NCBI GenBank assembly: GCA_002787815.1
Contig: PCUY01000017.1
Location: 3,635 to 67,634, forward strand
Origin: Bacteroidetes bacterium CG12_big_fil_rev_8_21_14_0_65_60_17
Lineage (GTDB): Bacteria > Bacteroidota > Rhodothermia > Rhodothermales > UBA10348
Length of the DNA stretch: 64,000 nucleotides
Direction: 5' to 3'
Part shown: piece by piece, positions 10,575 to 20,595 of the stretch
How positions within the stretch are numbered: position 1 is the first letter of the stretch
Layout of the letters: every line of letters begins with the position of its first letter
Translations under genes and position numbers: made by a program
The notes under the pieces: generated by a model
Database searches by the model: none
Seen by the model: only the letters and a program-made list of their open reading frames with translations
Told to the model about the DNA's origin: nothing

Positions 10575-10655
10575 CGTGGGTCATGTATTGGCATGCGGAA
10601 GATACGCAACGCGTCCCAGAGAAGGGAGTCTCGACACGCAGACCGGCATTGCCCC

Positions 10656-11378
10656 CTACGTCCGCTCTCCAAACAGCAGGCTGCCAATCCGGATGTGTGT
10701 GGCCCCCTCCTCGATGGCCACCTCGAAATCGGAGCTCATTCCCATGGAGAGAAGCGGACCACCGTTATGCGGCGGTTGCATGTGGTCGTCATGCCGGGCC
10801 GCCACCTCGCGAAGCAGGGCAAACTGCCCCCGAACGAGCTCCGGGTCCGCAGCGGGAGCCGCAAGTGTCATCAATCCCTGGACGCGAAGCCTGTCAAAGC
10901 CGGCAATCCCGGTCAGGACTCGATCAACATGCTCCGGATCCACACCGAATTTACTGTCTTCCCCGCTCACGTTGACCTGGAGCAGACAATCGAGTGTTTG
11001 ATCGTCCATGGCCAGGCGCTTGTTGAGCTCGCGGGCAAGACGGACACTGTCCAACGCATGAAAAAGGTGTACGCGGCTCGTCAGGAATTTTGCCTTGTTG
11101 CGCTGGAGATGCCCGATGTAGTGCCAACGAATGTGGCTGTTGGAAAGGGATTCCTGTTTCAGGGTCAACTCCTGGATTTTGTTTTCTCCGAAATCCATCT
11201 GGCCAAAACCGTGATGCCGGGCGATATCTGATGCCGGGAAGGTCTTGGATACGGCTACGAGGGTCACGTCGGAGGCTGAGCGACCGGCCTTTCCAGCCGC
11301 ACGTGCCACACGATCATGGATGTGCTGATAACGCTCCTGGATCGTCAAATTACTGGTCATTCCGTGCTCTCTACTCAT
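10656..11378 (-). CDS. yggS: YggS-family pyridoxal-phosphate homeostasis protein
   Basis: VTLVAVSKT (PLP lysine), GENKIQEL, WHYIGHLQRNKAK, SMGMSSDFEVAIEEGATHIRIGSLLFGER. ATGA overlap with the upstream permease stop. Confidence 0.9.
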   Translation of the reverse strand: MSREHGMTSNLTIQERYQHIHDRVARAAGKAGRSASDVTLVAVSKTFPASDIARHHGFGQMDFGENKIQELTLKQESLSNSHIRWHYIGHLQRNKAKFLTSRVHLFHALDSVRLARELNKRLAMDDQTLDCLLQVNVSGEDSKFGVDPEHVDRVLTGIAGFDRLRVQGLMTLAAPAADPELVRGQFALLREVAARHDDHMQPPHNGGPLLSMGMSSDFEVAIEEGATHIRIGSLLFGERT

Positions 11379-13897
11379 AATTCTGACCTCAATACTTCCA
11401 TGGTTCCCCGCTCGTAGACGCCTCGGGAATTTACCATGCCGATTACAAGGGTCAGCAGCATGACGGTTCCCAGGAGAATTGAGAGGGGAATCCAGCGCAC
11501 GACAAAGCCAGCTTCGAACACAAAATGGGACAGGCTCCAGCCAGCCACAAGAGCCAGCAGGATGCCGGTAAGGGCCGACACGAAACCCAGGACGATATAC
11601 TCCACGGCCATGATTCTGAGCACGACGCGTCTCGATGCTCCCAGTGTCTTGAGCAGCACGCTTTCCTGCATGCGCTGGAACCGACTCACGACCACGGCCG
11701 AGGCCAGTACAATGAGGCCCGTCAGTATGGAAAAAAGTGCCATGAAGCGCACAACGAACGAAATTCGGCTGAAAATGGCGTCGAACACGCCGATCACGAG
11801 TGCGAGGTCAATGGACGATACGTTCGGAAAAGCCTGAACCACGGCCGTCTGCAGCCGTGCCGACTGTACATCGTCCTCAGCGCGCGTCATCACCACGTGA
11901 AAAGCCGGTGCGCCTTCGAGTGACGCCTCCGGAAAAACGAAAAAGAAGTTCGTCTGCAACCGCTGCCAGTCTACCTCCCGCAGGCTTGTGATTTCCGTAT
12001 CGAGCATGACCCCCTGTACATTCCAGGTAAGACGGTCGCCTATGTCCACGCCGAGTTCACTGGCCACGTCCGCCTCCGCAGAGACAGGAATGGTGCCCTC
12101 TCCATCCCACGTTCCACGGAATGTCCCCTCCACGAGTGTCTCGGAGCCCGTGAGCGTGGAGCGGAACGTGGAACGGTACTCGCGCCGGTGTGCCCACGAC
12201 AAACGCCGTGTGGTGTCCTCCCGCATGGCATCGATGGTTTCATTGTTTATGCCGTGCAGACGCATGGTCACGATCGGGACACTGCTCATGATGGGCACAC
12301 CCTCCCCGGACAGGATACCCTGGACGGACTCCACCTGGTCCGGCTGGATGTCATACATGATGAGGTTGGGCTGGTCCCCGCCCCCGAGAACATCCATCTG
12401 GTCGAGCAATACGTGCTGCGATACGAGCAGCGTGGAAATGAGAAACGTGCCCAGACCCAACGAAAAAATCATCATCAGTGTCTGGTTGTTGGGTCTGTAG
12501 AGGTTGGCAATGCCTTGCCGGACAACATAGGGAAGCGATGCCGGAGTCAGCCTCGCAAGCACCATCACCAGCAGCTTCCCGAGTGCGGCAAGTATCAGGA
12601 AAACCGCTGCCAGACCACCTGAATAGCCGAGTCCCACTTTCCAGTCCGGCGCCTGGATGAGAGCGAAGAGGACAAGGCCAGCGGCTGCGGTTCCCGTGGC
12701 TGTCCACCACCACGGATCCCGCCATAACGGTCGTTCATGATCGATGCCGGTGCGCAGCGCATCGAGTGGCGATACCGAGCGTACCCGCAAGAGGGGAAGC
12801 AGCGTGAAGAGCACGGTTACCCCCAGTCCTATGCCACTTCCCAGGAGTACAGCCGGCCACGAGACGGCGAAGTCCACATTGACAGGCAAAAAGTCCGAGA
12901 GGACGACCGGAACAATCGTCTGCAACGCAATCCCCACGATACTCCCGAGCACCACGCCCACAATGCCCATGCCTATGGCCTGCAGAAGGTAGACCGCCAC
13001 TGTGGTCGCAATCGATGCACCATAGACCCGAAGTACGGCCACCGTGGGAATACGCTGCTTGACGTACACGTGGATGCTCGACGCCACGCCGAGACCTCCG
13101 AGCAGCAACGACATGAAACCCACGAGACCGAGGAATCGGTACAGGTTGGTCAGCGCCCTGCTCCAACCCTCCTGTTCCTCGCGCACGGTATCGGAGCCGA
13201 TATCGGCCTCGCGAAGCGTGCTGCGCAGCGAGTCCCTCAGTACATCGGCATCCCGTCCATCCGGAAACTGGAAGTAGACCTCGTACTCAACCCGGCTTCC
13301 GAGCGCGGTAAGCGTCGTATCCAAACCTGCCATGGGAATGTATATGCGCGGACTGAAAAGACCCACGGCGGCTGATTCACGGGGCGTTTCCACAATACGA
13401 CCAAGAATGGGGTACGTCTGCCTGCCAATGCGCACGGAATCTCCCGTTTCCACCTGGAATTGATTCATGAGCGTCCCATCAACAAGCGCTCCTCCCCTGT
13501 CAAGGTATGTTTCCGCCGCCGCCGCGGGTTCGGTGACCACACTGCCGTAAAACGGATATCCAGGTTCGTGTGCACGAACCGTTGCCAGGCGGGCTTTGTC
13601 GCGAGCCGGAAAAAATGCCATCGATGAAAAGGATGTGCGCCGGCTCTGGTTGCCACCGATTGAATCAATCAGCGCCTCGATATGAGCCGGAAAGGGGTCA
13701 TCACTCTCAAAGCTCAGGTCCGCACCAAGCAGTGTCCGGGCTTCATTGTCTATGGCCGCTTCAAGATTATCGCCGAAGGAGTTTATGGATACGAGCGCCG
13801 CGACACCGAGCACCATGGAAGAGATGAAAAGCAGCATGCGCCCTCGACTCCCGCGGGAATCCCGCCAGGCGAAAGAGGCAATGAAAGGTATGCTCAT
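11375..13897 (-). CDS. ABC transporter permease, duplicated FtsX/MacB-type (YbbP-like)
   Basis: 840 aa. Two FtsX-like four-TM modules separated by large extracytoplasmic domains. Overlaps the ATPase gene upstream. Same architecture and context as E. coli ybbP. Confidence 0.85.
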   Translation of the reverse strand: MSIPFIASFAWRDSRGSRGRMLLFISSMVLGVAALVSINSFGDNLEAAIDNEARTLLGADLSFESDDPFPAHIEALIDSIGGNQSRRTSFSSMAFFPARDKARLATVRAHEPGYPFYGSVVTEPAAAAETYLDRGGALVDGTLMNQFQVETGDSVRIGRQTYPILGRIVETPRESAAVGLFSPRIYIPMAGLDTTLTALGSRVEYEVYFQFPDGRDADVLRDSLRSTLREADIGSDTVREEQEGWSRALTNLYRFLGLVGFMSLLLGGLGVASSIHVYVKQRIPTVAVLRVYGASIATTVAVYLLQAIGMGIVGVVLGSIVGIALQTIVPVVLSDFLPVNVDFAVSWPAVLLGSGIGLGVTVLFTLLPLLRVRSVSPLDALRTGIDHERPLWRDPWWWTATGTAAAGLVLFALIQAPDWKVGLGYSGGLAAVFLILAALGKLLVMVLARLTPASLPYVVRQGIANLYRPNNQTLMMIFSLGLGTFLISTLLVSQHVLLDQMDVLGGGDQPNLIMYDIQPDQVESVQGILSGEGVPIMSSVPIVTMRLHGINNETIDAMREDTTRRLSWAHRREYRSTFRSTLTGSETLVEGTFRGTWDGEGTIPVSAEADVASELGVDIGDRLTWNVQGVMLDTEITSLREVDWQRLQTNFFFVFPEASLEGAPAFHVVMTRAEDDVQSARLQTAVVQAFPNVSSIDLALVIGVFDAIFSRISFVVRFMALFSILTGLIVLASAVVVSRFQRMQESVLLKTLGASRRVVLRIMAVEYIVLGFVSALTGILLALVAGWSLSHFVFEAGFVVRWIPLSILLGTVMLLTLVIGMVNSRGVYERGTMEVLRSEL

Positions 13898-14583
13898 GGC
13901 AACGTGTCAGCCCGATCCTCGACGGCCCGCCCCCCCTTCAGGCGCAGCACGCGTCCCGTTCTCCCGGCCAGCTCGGTATCGTGCGTAACCAGGACCAGTG
14001 TCGTTCCGGCCGTCCGATTCAGTCGGAACATGATCTCTTCCAGATGCGCGCCGGTCTCTGTATCCAGGTTGCCCGTGGGCTCGTCAGCAAACAGGACGTC
14101 CGGTTCGTTTATGAATGCACGCGCAAGGGCGACCCGCTGCTGTTCGCCGCCCGAAAGTTGGGACGGGTAATGTCCCAGACGGTCTTCAAGCCCCACCTCG
14201 GCAAGCAGGTTACGCGCCTGGGCCGAAACACCCCGTCGACCGCGCAACTCCGCTGGTACCATCACATTCTCAAGAGCTGTCAGCGTCGGCAACAGTCTAA
14301 ATGACTGGAATACGAACCCAACGTGTTCGTTGCGTACACGCGCCCTCTCGTCCTCTCCCATATTGCCCAGGTTGTGGCCACAGAGCGAAACAGACCCTCT
14401 CGTGGGACCATCAAGACCTGCACATAGTCCAAGCAGCGTTGTTTTACCGCTTCCCGATGGCCCCACGATTGAAAAAGTGTCTCCTTCACTGAGATCAAAT
14501 GATACAGAATCGAGTACGGTGAGGCTGCGGTCACCACTCTTGAATGTTTTTGTCAGATCCCTGACAGCAAGTACCACAGGCAT
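13894..14583 (-). CDS. ABC transporter ATP-binding protein (YbbA/LolD-like)
   Basis: Walker A GPSGSGKTT, signature LSGGEQQRVALARA, Walker B VLFADEPTGNLD, H-loop VLVTHD. Confidence 0.92.
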   Translation of the reverse strand: MPVVLAVRDLTKTFKSGDRSLTVLDSVSFDLSEGDTFSIVGPSGSGKTTLLGLCAGLDGPTRGSVSLCGHNLGNMGEDERARVRNEHVGFVFQSFRLLPTLTALENVMVPAELRGRRGVSAQARNLLAEVGLEDRLGHYPSQLSGGEQQRVALARAFINEPDVLFADEPTGNLDTETGAHLEEIMFRLNRTAGTTLVLVTHDTELAGRTGRVLRLKGGRAVEDRADTLP

Positions 14584-15291
14584 ATGTTTACAGTAAAACC
14601 TGAAAAGAACATCCAGTACGGGATCCTCCTCGCTGGGGTTCTGCTGCTTGTCGGATGTTCCAATAATTCCGCTCAGAAATCGGATTCTGCGGCCGTCTCG
14701 GCGCCCGAGCCAACCGCCGATCCCGCCTTGCGCATAGTTTTCCTCGGTGACTCCATTTCAGCCGCGTACGGTCTGCCTGAGGAAGAAGGCTTCGTTTTCC
14801 TGATTCGGCAGAAGCTCGACTCGCTCGGCGTGGACGCCCAGGTCGTAAATGCCGGTGTTTCGGGAGATACGAGCTCGGGAGGTCTGAGTCGCGTGGAGTG
14901 GGTACTCGGAAAGACCACAGACGTACTTGTACTCGAGCTCGGAGGAAATGACGCACTCCGAGGGATTGATCTGGACGTGACGAAACGCAACCTGTCGGCC
15001 ATCATGGACAAAAGCCGTGCTCTGAATCCGGATATCCACATCATTCTGGCCGGCATGCAGGTCCCTCCGAATCTGGGAGCGGATTACACGCGTCAGTTCC
15101 GGGAAATATTCCCGAGCCTGGCACGTGAGTACGACACGGAACTCGTTCCTTTCCTCCTGGAAGACGTTGCCCTTGTCCCTGGTCGCATGCAGGATGACGG
15201 CATCCATCCAACGGCAGCGGGGCACCGCGTCATGGCCGAGACCATGTGGGACGTTCTTGAACCCGTCGTCTCCGCGCTTACAGCGCCTTGA
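14584..15291 (+). CDS. SGNH/GDSL arylesterase-thioesterase (TesA-like), probable lipoprotein
   Basis: Lipobox LLLVGCS. SGNH blocks FLGDSISAAYG, GVSGDTS, ELGGNDALRG and DGIHPT. Divergent from the ybbA/ybbP-like pair, as in E. coli. Confidence 0.85.
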   Translation: MFTVKPEKNIQYGILLAGVLLLVGCSNNSAQKSDSAAVSAPEPTADPALRIVFLGDSISAAYGLPEEEGFVFLIRQKLDSLGVDAQVVNAGVSGDTSSGGLSRVEWVLGKTTDVLVLELGGNDALRGIDLDVTKRNLSAIMDKSRALNPDIHIILAGMQVPPNLGADYTRQFREIFPSLAREYDTELVPFLLEDVALVPGRMQDDGIHPTAAGHRVMAETMWDVLEPVVSALTAP

Positions 15292-16702
15292 CTTCCGTTA
15301 CCACCTTCGCTATGGACTCTTTGGCGTCACCGAAGAGCATCTGATTGTTCGAGTTGTAGAACAATTCATTCGCGATGCCCGCATAACCGGGCCGCATGGA
15401 TCGCTTCAGCACGATGGATGTGGCGGCATGATCCACATTCAGAATGGGCATACCATAGATTGGACTGGACTTGTCGTGCCGCGCCGCCGGATTGACGACA
15501 TCGTTCGCCCCGATGACCACGGCCACGTCTGTCGTGTCGAACTCTCCGTTGATCTCGTCCATCTCGAATAGCTTGTCATAGGACACGTTGGCCTCGGCCA
15601 GCAGTACGTTCATGTGTCCGGGCATACGTCCGGCCACCGGGTGAACGGCGAACTTCACGTCAACACCCTTTTTCTCCAATTCGTCAGCCAATTCGCGTAC
15701 GGCATGCTGCGCCTGTGCTACGGCCATGCCGTAACCCGGCACGAAAATCACCTTCGATGCATAGGCCAACATGATCGCGACATCGTCCGCCGTCGTGGAG
15801 TTTACGCTACCCATGTCGCCCCCGGCCCCGGCACTGGCCGATTTGGCACCTGAGTCACCACCGAATCCTCCAATCAGGACATTGAGCAGCGAACGGTTCA
15901 TGGCTACGCACATGATGTTCGTCAGGATGAGCCCCGAGGCTCCAACCAGTGCACCCGATACGATCAGCACGGTATTGTCAAGGACAAACCCGGTGGCGGC
16001 TGCCGCCAGACCGGAATAGGAATTCAGCAGCGCCACGACGACGGGCATATCGGCGCCACCAATGGGGATGACAAGCAGGACACCCAACAGCAATGCCGCA
16101 CCGGCGACCACGATGGCCCCAATAACTACGGGATCGGCAACCGCTGGAAAATCCGGCGCACCCATCACCATCCATGTCGTCCCACCGAGAACGGCCACCA
16201 CGAGCAACAGCGTCATGGGACGCATGCCGGGAAAGGATATCGGATTTCCGGAAATTCGTTCGGACAGCTTACCGAATGCGACGAAGCTGCCTGTGAAGGT
16301 AACCGTACCAATCAGCATGGAAAGGGCGATCGTCACGGCCGTCACAGCCCCGAGAGAACCACTCCCGATGGCCAGGATATGCGCAATTTCTGCACCGGCC
16401 ACGAGCGTCGACGCAATGCCCCCGAATCCGTTGAATGCGGCAACCAGTTCAGGCATGCCTGTCATCTGTACGCGGCGCGCCATGATGGCCCCTATGCCCC
16501 CTCCCACAACCACGCCCAGAAGCATCTGTGCTGGCGTCAGGATTTCCTGCATGAACAGTGTGGCCGCAACAGCCACGAACATGCCAAGCGCAGCGAGTTG
16601 GTTGCCGTGACGGGCTGTAGCCGGTGACTGGAGTCGCTTCAGACCGAAAATGAATAGAATGGCTGAAACAAGATAAGCGAGGTCAATGATGGCTTGTTTC
16701 AT
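15278..16702 (-). CDS. pntB: NAD(P) transhydrogenase subunit beta
   Basis: 474 aa. Multi-TM N-terminal half and an NADP(H)-binding dIII domain (VIFVPGYGMAVAQAQH...AVHPVAGRMPGHMNVLLAEA...VIGANDVVNPAA). Confidence 0.95.
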   Translation of the reverse strand: MKQAIIDLAYLVSAILFIFGLKRLQSPATARHGNQLAALGMFVAVAATLFMQEILTPAQMLLGVVVGGGIGAIMARRVQMTGMPELVAAFNGFGGIASTLVAGAEIAHILAIGSGSLGAVTAVTIALSMLIGTVTFTGSFVAFGKLSERISGNPISFPGMRPMTLLLVVAVLGGTTWMVMGAPDFPAVADPVVIGAIVVAGAALLLGVLLVIPIGGADMPVVVALLNSYSGLAAAATGFVLDNTVLIVSGALVGASGLILTNIMCVAMNRSLLNVLIGGFGGDSGAKSASAGAGGDMGSVNSTTADDVAIMLAYASKVIFVPGYGMAVAQAQHAVRELADELEKKGVDVKFAVHPVAGRMPGHMNVLLAEANVSYDKLFEMDEINGEFDTTDVAVVIGANDVVNPAARHDKSSPIYGMPILNVDHAATSIVLKRSMRPGYAGIANELFYNSNNQMLFGDAKESIAKVVTEVKAL

Positions 16703-16706
16703 GGCA

Positions 16707-16982
16707 TTACTGCTCCTTTTTCTTGAACATCTGCAGCATCCGGTCCGTCACCAGAAAGCCACCCACGACGTTGATCGTGGCAAAGATCAGCGCGGCAACG
16801 CCAATCCACATGGCCCACGGGTCACCGACCATGCCCGCAACCACCAGCGCGCCGACAATCGTAATTCCGGATACGGCATTCGAGCCGGACATGAGCGGCG
16901 TATGCAGCGTCTGAGGCACCTTGGAAATCACTTCCCGCCCGATGAACGATGCAAGTACGAAGATTATCAGGTTTTCAATCAT
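16707..16982 (-). CDS. NAD(P) transhydrogenase subunit alpha, part 2 (membrane segment)
   Basis: 91 aa with three TM helices (HTPLMSGSNAVSGITIVGAL). Lies between the alpha-1 and beta subunit genes, with an ATGA overlap to alpha-1. Confidence 0.85.
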   Translation of the reverse strand: MIENLIIFVLASFIGREVISKVPQTLHTPLMSGSNAVSGITIVGALVVAGMVGDPWAMWIGVAALIFATINVVGGFLVTDRMLQMFKKKEQ

Positions 16983-18112
16983 GATTCGAGCAGCTTTTTG
17001 ACGCGTTCATTGACAACTTCTCCTCCCCGGCATACACAGGCCCCGGAGAATACCTCATCGTCGGGATTTTCGACGAAACCGTCTTCTCCCGTAAAATCCT
17101 GCAACATGGCGAGCAGCGTACGCGCGTACAGCTGACTCGCATGAACCGGCATATCGGCTGGCAAGTTGGTGGCACCAATAATTGTAACTCCATGGGTTAC
17201 AATTATTTCGCCCGGCTCTGTAAGCACGCAGTTACCGCCGTTGGCCGCAGCCATGTCGACAATCACGCTACCGGGTGTCATGGCCCGGACGGCATCCTCC
17301 GAGATCAGAAGGGGAGCGGGTCGTCCCGGAATCAGTGCTGTCGAGACGAGCACGTCCGACTTGCCAATATGTGGCACAAGAAGTTCCACCTGTTGCTTCG
17401 CCTTCTCCTCGGCAAGCGCCTTGGCGTATCCCCCGGAATCCTGCATGTCACCCATTTCTATTTCCAATTCGACGAACTGTGCACCGAGGCTCATGACCTC
17501 CTCCCGCGCCGCATCCCGAATATCATAGGCCGATACGCGGGCGCCCAGCCGTCTTGCCGTGGCAATAGCCTGCAGCCCGGCCACGCCTGCACCCAGGACC
17601 AGCACGTTCGACGGCCTCACCGTTCCGGCCGCTGTCGTCAGGAGCGGGAAAAATTTTGGCAGGTGCATGGCTGCCATGATGACGGCACGGTACCCCCCGA
17701 TAGATGACAGTGCGGAGAGCGCATCCATTTTCTGTGCCCTGGAAATCCTGGGCACCAGTTCCATGGCAAGTGCTGTTATGCCGTGCTCGGCCAGTCGGCG
17801 GGCACGGTCGGGCGCATCCAGTGGACGCATGAAGCCGATATAGGCGCCCCCCTTCTTCATGAGGGCAATTTCCTCATCGGACGGGGGTTGGACCTTGACC
17901 ACGACATCTGACGCGAGCACTTCCCCGCGATCTGTAACCCTGGCTCCGGCATCGGCGTAGGCGGCATCCGGAATGTGGGCACCTTCGCCCGCTCCGGATT
18001 CCACACGCACCGAAGCACCTTCCTTTACCAATCTGCGCACCACGTCGGGTACGAGCGCTACGAGACGCTCTCCGGGCAGCGATTCCTTTGGAACTCCCAG
18101 CGACCAAGCCAT
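16979..18112 (-). CDS. NAD(P) transhydrogenase subunit alpha, part 1 (dI, alanine-dehydrogenase-like)
   Basis: 377 aa. Rossmann motif VLVLGAGVAGLQAIATARRLGA and conserved GYRAVIMAA / LVSTALIPGRPAP segments. Confidence 0.93.
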   Translation of the reverse strand: MAWSLGVPKESLPGERLVALVPDVVRRLVKEGASVRVESGAGEGAHIPDAAYADAGARVTDRGEVLASDVVVKVQPPSDEEIALMKKGGAYIGFMRPLDAPDRARRLAEHGITALAMELVPRISRAQKMDALSALSSIGGYRAVIMAAMHLPKFFPLLTTAAGTVRPSNVLVLGAGVAGLQAIATARRLGARVSAYDIRDAAREEVMSLGAQFVELEIEMGDMQDSGGYAKALAEEKAKQQVELLVPHIGKSDVLVSTALIPGRPAPLLISEDAVRAMTPGSVIVDMAAANGGNCVLTEPGEIIVTHGVTIIGATNLPADMPVHASQLYARTLLAMLQDFTGEDGFVENPDDEVFSGACVCRGGEVVNERVKKLLES

Positions 18113-18248
18113 ACATCCTCACGAGGTCTGTTGATTGGAACGGTACGTATATACAAAGCCCGGGGCGACTTGTGCAATGCACCAATCCAATTACAGAGCT
18201 GACGGGGAATCCACTACGCCATGCCGCCGGTCCATGACAACAGCCGAA

Positions 18249-19331
18249 TCAGCCGTTCTTCCGTTCGAATTCCGTCATGAAGTCCACAAGGGCCTCCACC
18301 GAGGCAAGTTCGCAGGCATTGTAGATCGATGCGCGGATGCCGCCGACACTGCGGTGCCCCTTGAGTGCCAACAGGCCATGCTTCCTGGCCTCCGAGACAA
18401 ACGTCGATTCCAGGTCCTCGCTCGGCAAGCGGAAGGTCACGTTCATTTTTGAGCGCGACCCTTTCTCCGCCGTTCCACGGTAGAAATCCGTCTTGTCAAT
18501 TCGGGAATACAGCAAATCGGCCTTGGCCTCGTTATGCGCCTGCATGCCAAGCAGCCCGCCTTTTCCGGCAATCCAGCGCAACACCTTCTCTACCATGTAG
18601 ACCGCAAAAACGGGTGGCGTATTGAACAGCTTTTCGGCGTGTACCCGGTAGTCGAGCATCGTGGGTAGATCACCCTGGACCCGCTCCAGGAAGGATTTAC
18701 GGATGAGCACGACAGTAACACCTGCCGGTCCAATGTTCTTCTGCGCACCCGCGTAGATCATGCTGTATGGGGCAAGCTCCACCGGACGGGAGAGAAAATC
18801 AGAACTGGCGTCACAGATGACGGGCGCCGGCACCGAGACCGGATCTTCCTGGAATGCCGTGCCAAAAATGGTGTTGTTCGACGTGATATGGATATAGGCC
18901 GGACTGCTCGAGTGTTGCCACGAGGAAACCGGTGGGATATGGGAAAAATTGTCGTCGGCACTCGATGCCGCCACGTGTACGTTGCCCACGCGCCTGGCCT
19001 CCGCGATGGCTTTCGTGGACCAGGAGCCGGTATTCACGTAATCTGCCGTCTCATTACGTTGCAGGAAGTTCAGTGCCGACTGGTAGAACTGTAGTGACGC
19101 TCCCCCTTGCAGGAACAGGATATGCCACTCATCGCCCAGCCCCAGCAGCGTTGCCAGTTGCTGTCTTGCCGAATCGGTGACGGCCGTGTATTCGGGAGAC
19201 CGATGGCTGATTTCCATGATGGATGCGCCGGCCTCGCCATAGACCAGCATTTCCTGCCGGGCTTCTTCAAGCACGGAGACGGGCAGGGCACCGGGGCCCG
19301 CCGAGAAGTTGTGGAGTCGTTTCATGGTCAT
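18249..19331 (-). CDS. serC: Phosphoserine aminotransferase
   Basis: 360 aa. NFSAGPGALP start, class-V aminotransferase pattern (IYAGAQKNIGPAGVT), C-terminal GGIRASIYNA. Confidence 0.95.
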   Translation of the reverse strand: MTMKRLHNFSAGPGALPVSVLEEARQEMLVYGEAGASIMEISHRSPEYTAVTDSARQQLATLLGLGDEWHILFLQGGASLQFYQSALNFLQRNETADYVNTGSWSTKAIAEARRVGNVHVAASSADDNFSHIPPVSSWQHSSSPAYIHITSNNTIFGTAFQEDPVSVPAPVICDASSDFLSRPVELAPYSMIYAGAQKNIGPAGVTVVLIRKSFLERVQGDLPTMLDYRVHAEKLFNTPPVFAVYMVEKVLRWIAGKGGLLGMQAHNEAKADLLYSRIDKTDFYRGTAEKGSRSKMNVTFRLPSEDLESTFVSEARKHGLLALKGHRSVGGIRASIYNACELASVEALVDFMTEFERKNG

Positions 19332-20539
19332 ATTTCGATAAGGCTGACGGCAAGTATGTGGTCAAGCTGCGAAATTTCTTCGACAACAGCGGAATCCACG
19401 TCTCCGTCAAACCGGATGTAGGCACAGGCAGCTTTTGCCCCGTCAAAAATCACGTTTTCCATTTCCTGGATGTTCCAACCCGCCTTACGGATGGCGTCGA
19501 GCACCGTGACAAGTACACCTACCCGGTCCTCGTGCCGGACCGTGAGTTGATGCGTGGCAGGCGACTGGACGGCCAGGTTCACACAATTGGGGACCTCTCC
19601 GCGTGCGGCGTATTCCAGGATGACACGGGCGGCCTCCGAGGCAACAGCGTCCTGGGCTTCCGCCGTGGACGCACCGATATGGTGGGACAGGTATATGGAC
19701 GGGTTTTCCGCAAGCGGATGCTGGAGAGGTCCTTCCTTGGACGAGGGTTCGTTCGACAAAACATCCAGAAACGCCCGTATTCCCTTGTTCCTGATGGCGT
19801 CGGTCAGTGCCTCCTCGTCAACCACCGAAGCCCGCGTCGTGTTGATGAAAAATGCGCCGGGCTTCATGGCACCGAAAAAGGCTTCATTGGCAAGCTTGTG
19901 GGTATCTGGCGTGGCGGCGACGTGCAGTGTTACGGCATCGGCCCGGGCGGCTACATCGATCGGGGAACCGACACGCAGTATGCCCAGCTCACGGGCGCGA
20001 TCGTCTGTCAAGGATCGAGACCACGCGACAATGTGCATCTCGAGTGCTTTCGCCCGTTTGATGACTTCCAGACCTATGTTGCCCAGGCCAACCACACCGA
20101 GCGTGCGGCCCTTCAGACCCGACGCTTTGGCATACAGTCCCTTGTTCCACACGCCCTGCCGGGCATCCATCACATTGTCGGGAAGAGACCGGTCCAGCGA
20201 CAGCAGTCCTCCAATGGTAAGTTCTGCCACCGCCACGGCATTCTTACCCGGGCAGTTCGCTACAAATACGCCAGCAGCCGAGGCGGCCTCCAGGTCAATG
20301 GTGTCGTAACCGGCACCGGCCCGCACAATGAGCTCGAGCTTGTTGGAAGCCGAGATGTCTGCCTTGAGCACCTTGGTCGATCGCACGACAAGTACGTGCG
20401 GTGCATGCTCCCTGAGTGCCGATGTGAGCGCCTTTTCCGAAAGCGCCGGTTCGTATATGACAGTCAGGCCGGCCGCACTGAGTTGTGCCAGACCCTGATC
20501 AGAGAGTTTATCAGCCAGAAGAATGCGCATGGGGTCCAT
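19328..20539 (-). CDS. serA: D-3-phosphoglycerate dehydrogenase with C-terminal ACT domain
   Basis: 403 aa. NAD motif GVVGLGNIGLEV and catalytic region (LSHHIGAST). The ACT-like tail ends the protein. ATGA overlap with serC. Confidence 0.93.
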   Translation of the reverse strand: MDPMRILLADKLSDQGLAQLSAAGLTVIYEPALSEKALTSALREHAPHVLVVRSTKVLKADISASNKLELIVRAGAGYDTIDLEAASAAGVFVANCPGKNAVAVAELTIGGLLSLDRSLPDNVMDARQGVWNKGLYAKASGLKGRTLGVVGLGNIGLEVIKRAKALEMHIVAWSRSLTDDRARELGILRVGSPIDVAARADAVTLHVAATPDTHKLANEAFFGAMKPGAFFINTTRASVVDEEALTDAIRNKGIRAFLDVLSNEPSSKEGPLQHPLAENPSIYLSHHIGASTAEAQDAVASEAARVILEYAARGEVPNCVNLAVQSPATHQLTVRHEDRVGVLVTVLDAIRKAGWNIQEMENVIFDGAKAACAYIRFDGDVDSAVVEEISQLDHILAVSLIEI

Positions 20540-20595
20540 GTAAAATCAGATTGAAAGAAGTTTGGATTCGGCCTGACGAGGCACAGCGGATTGTA

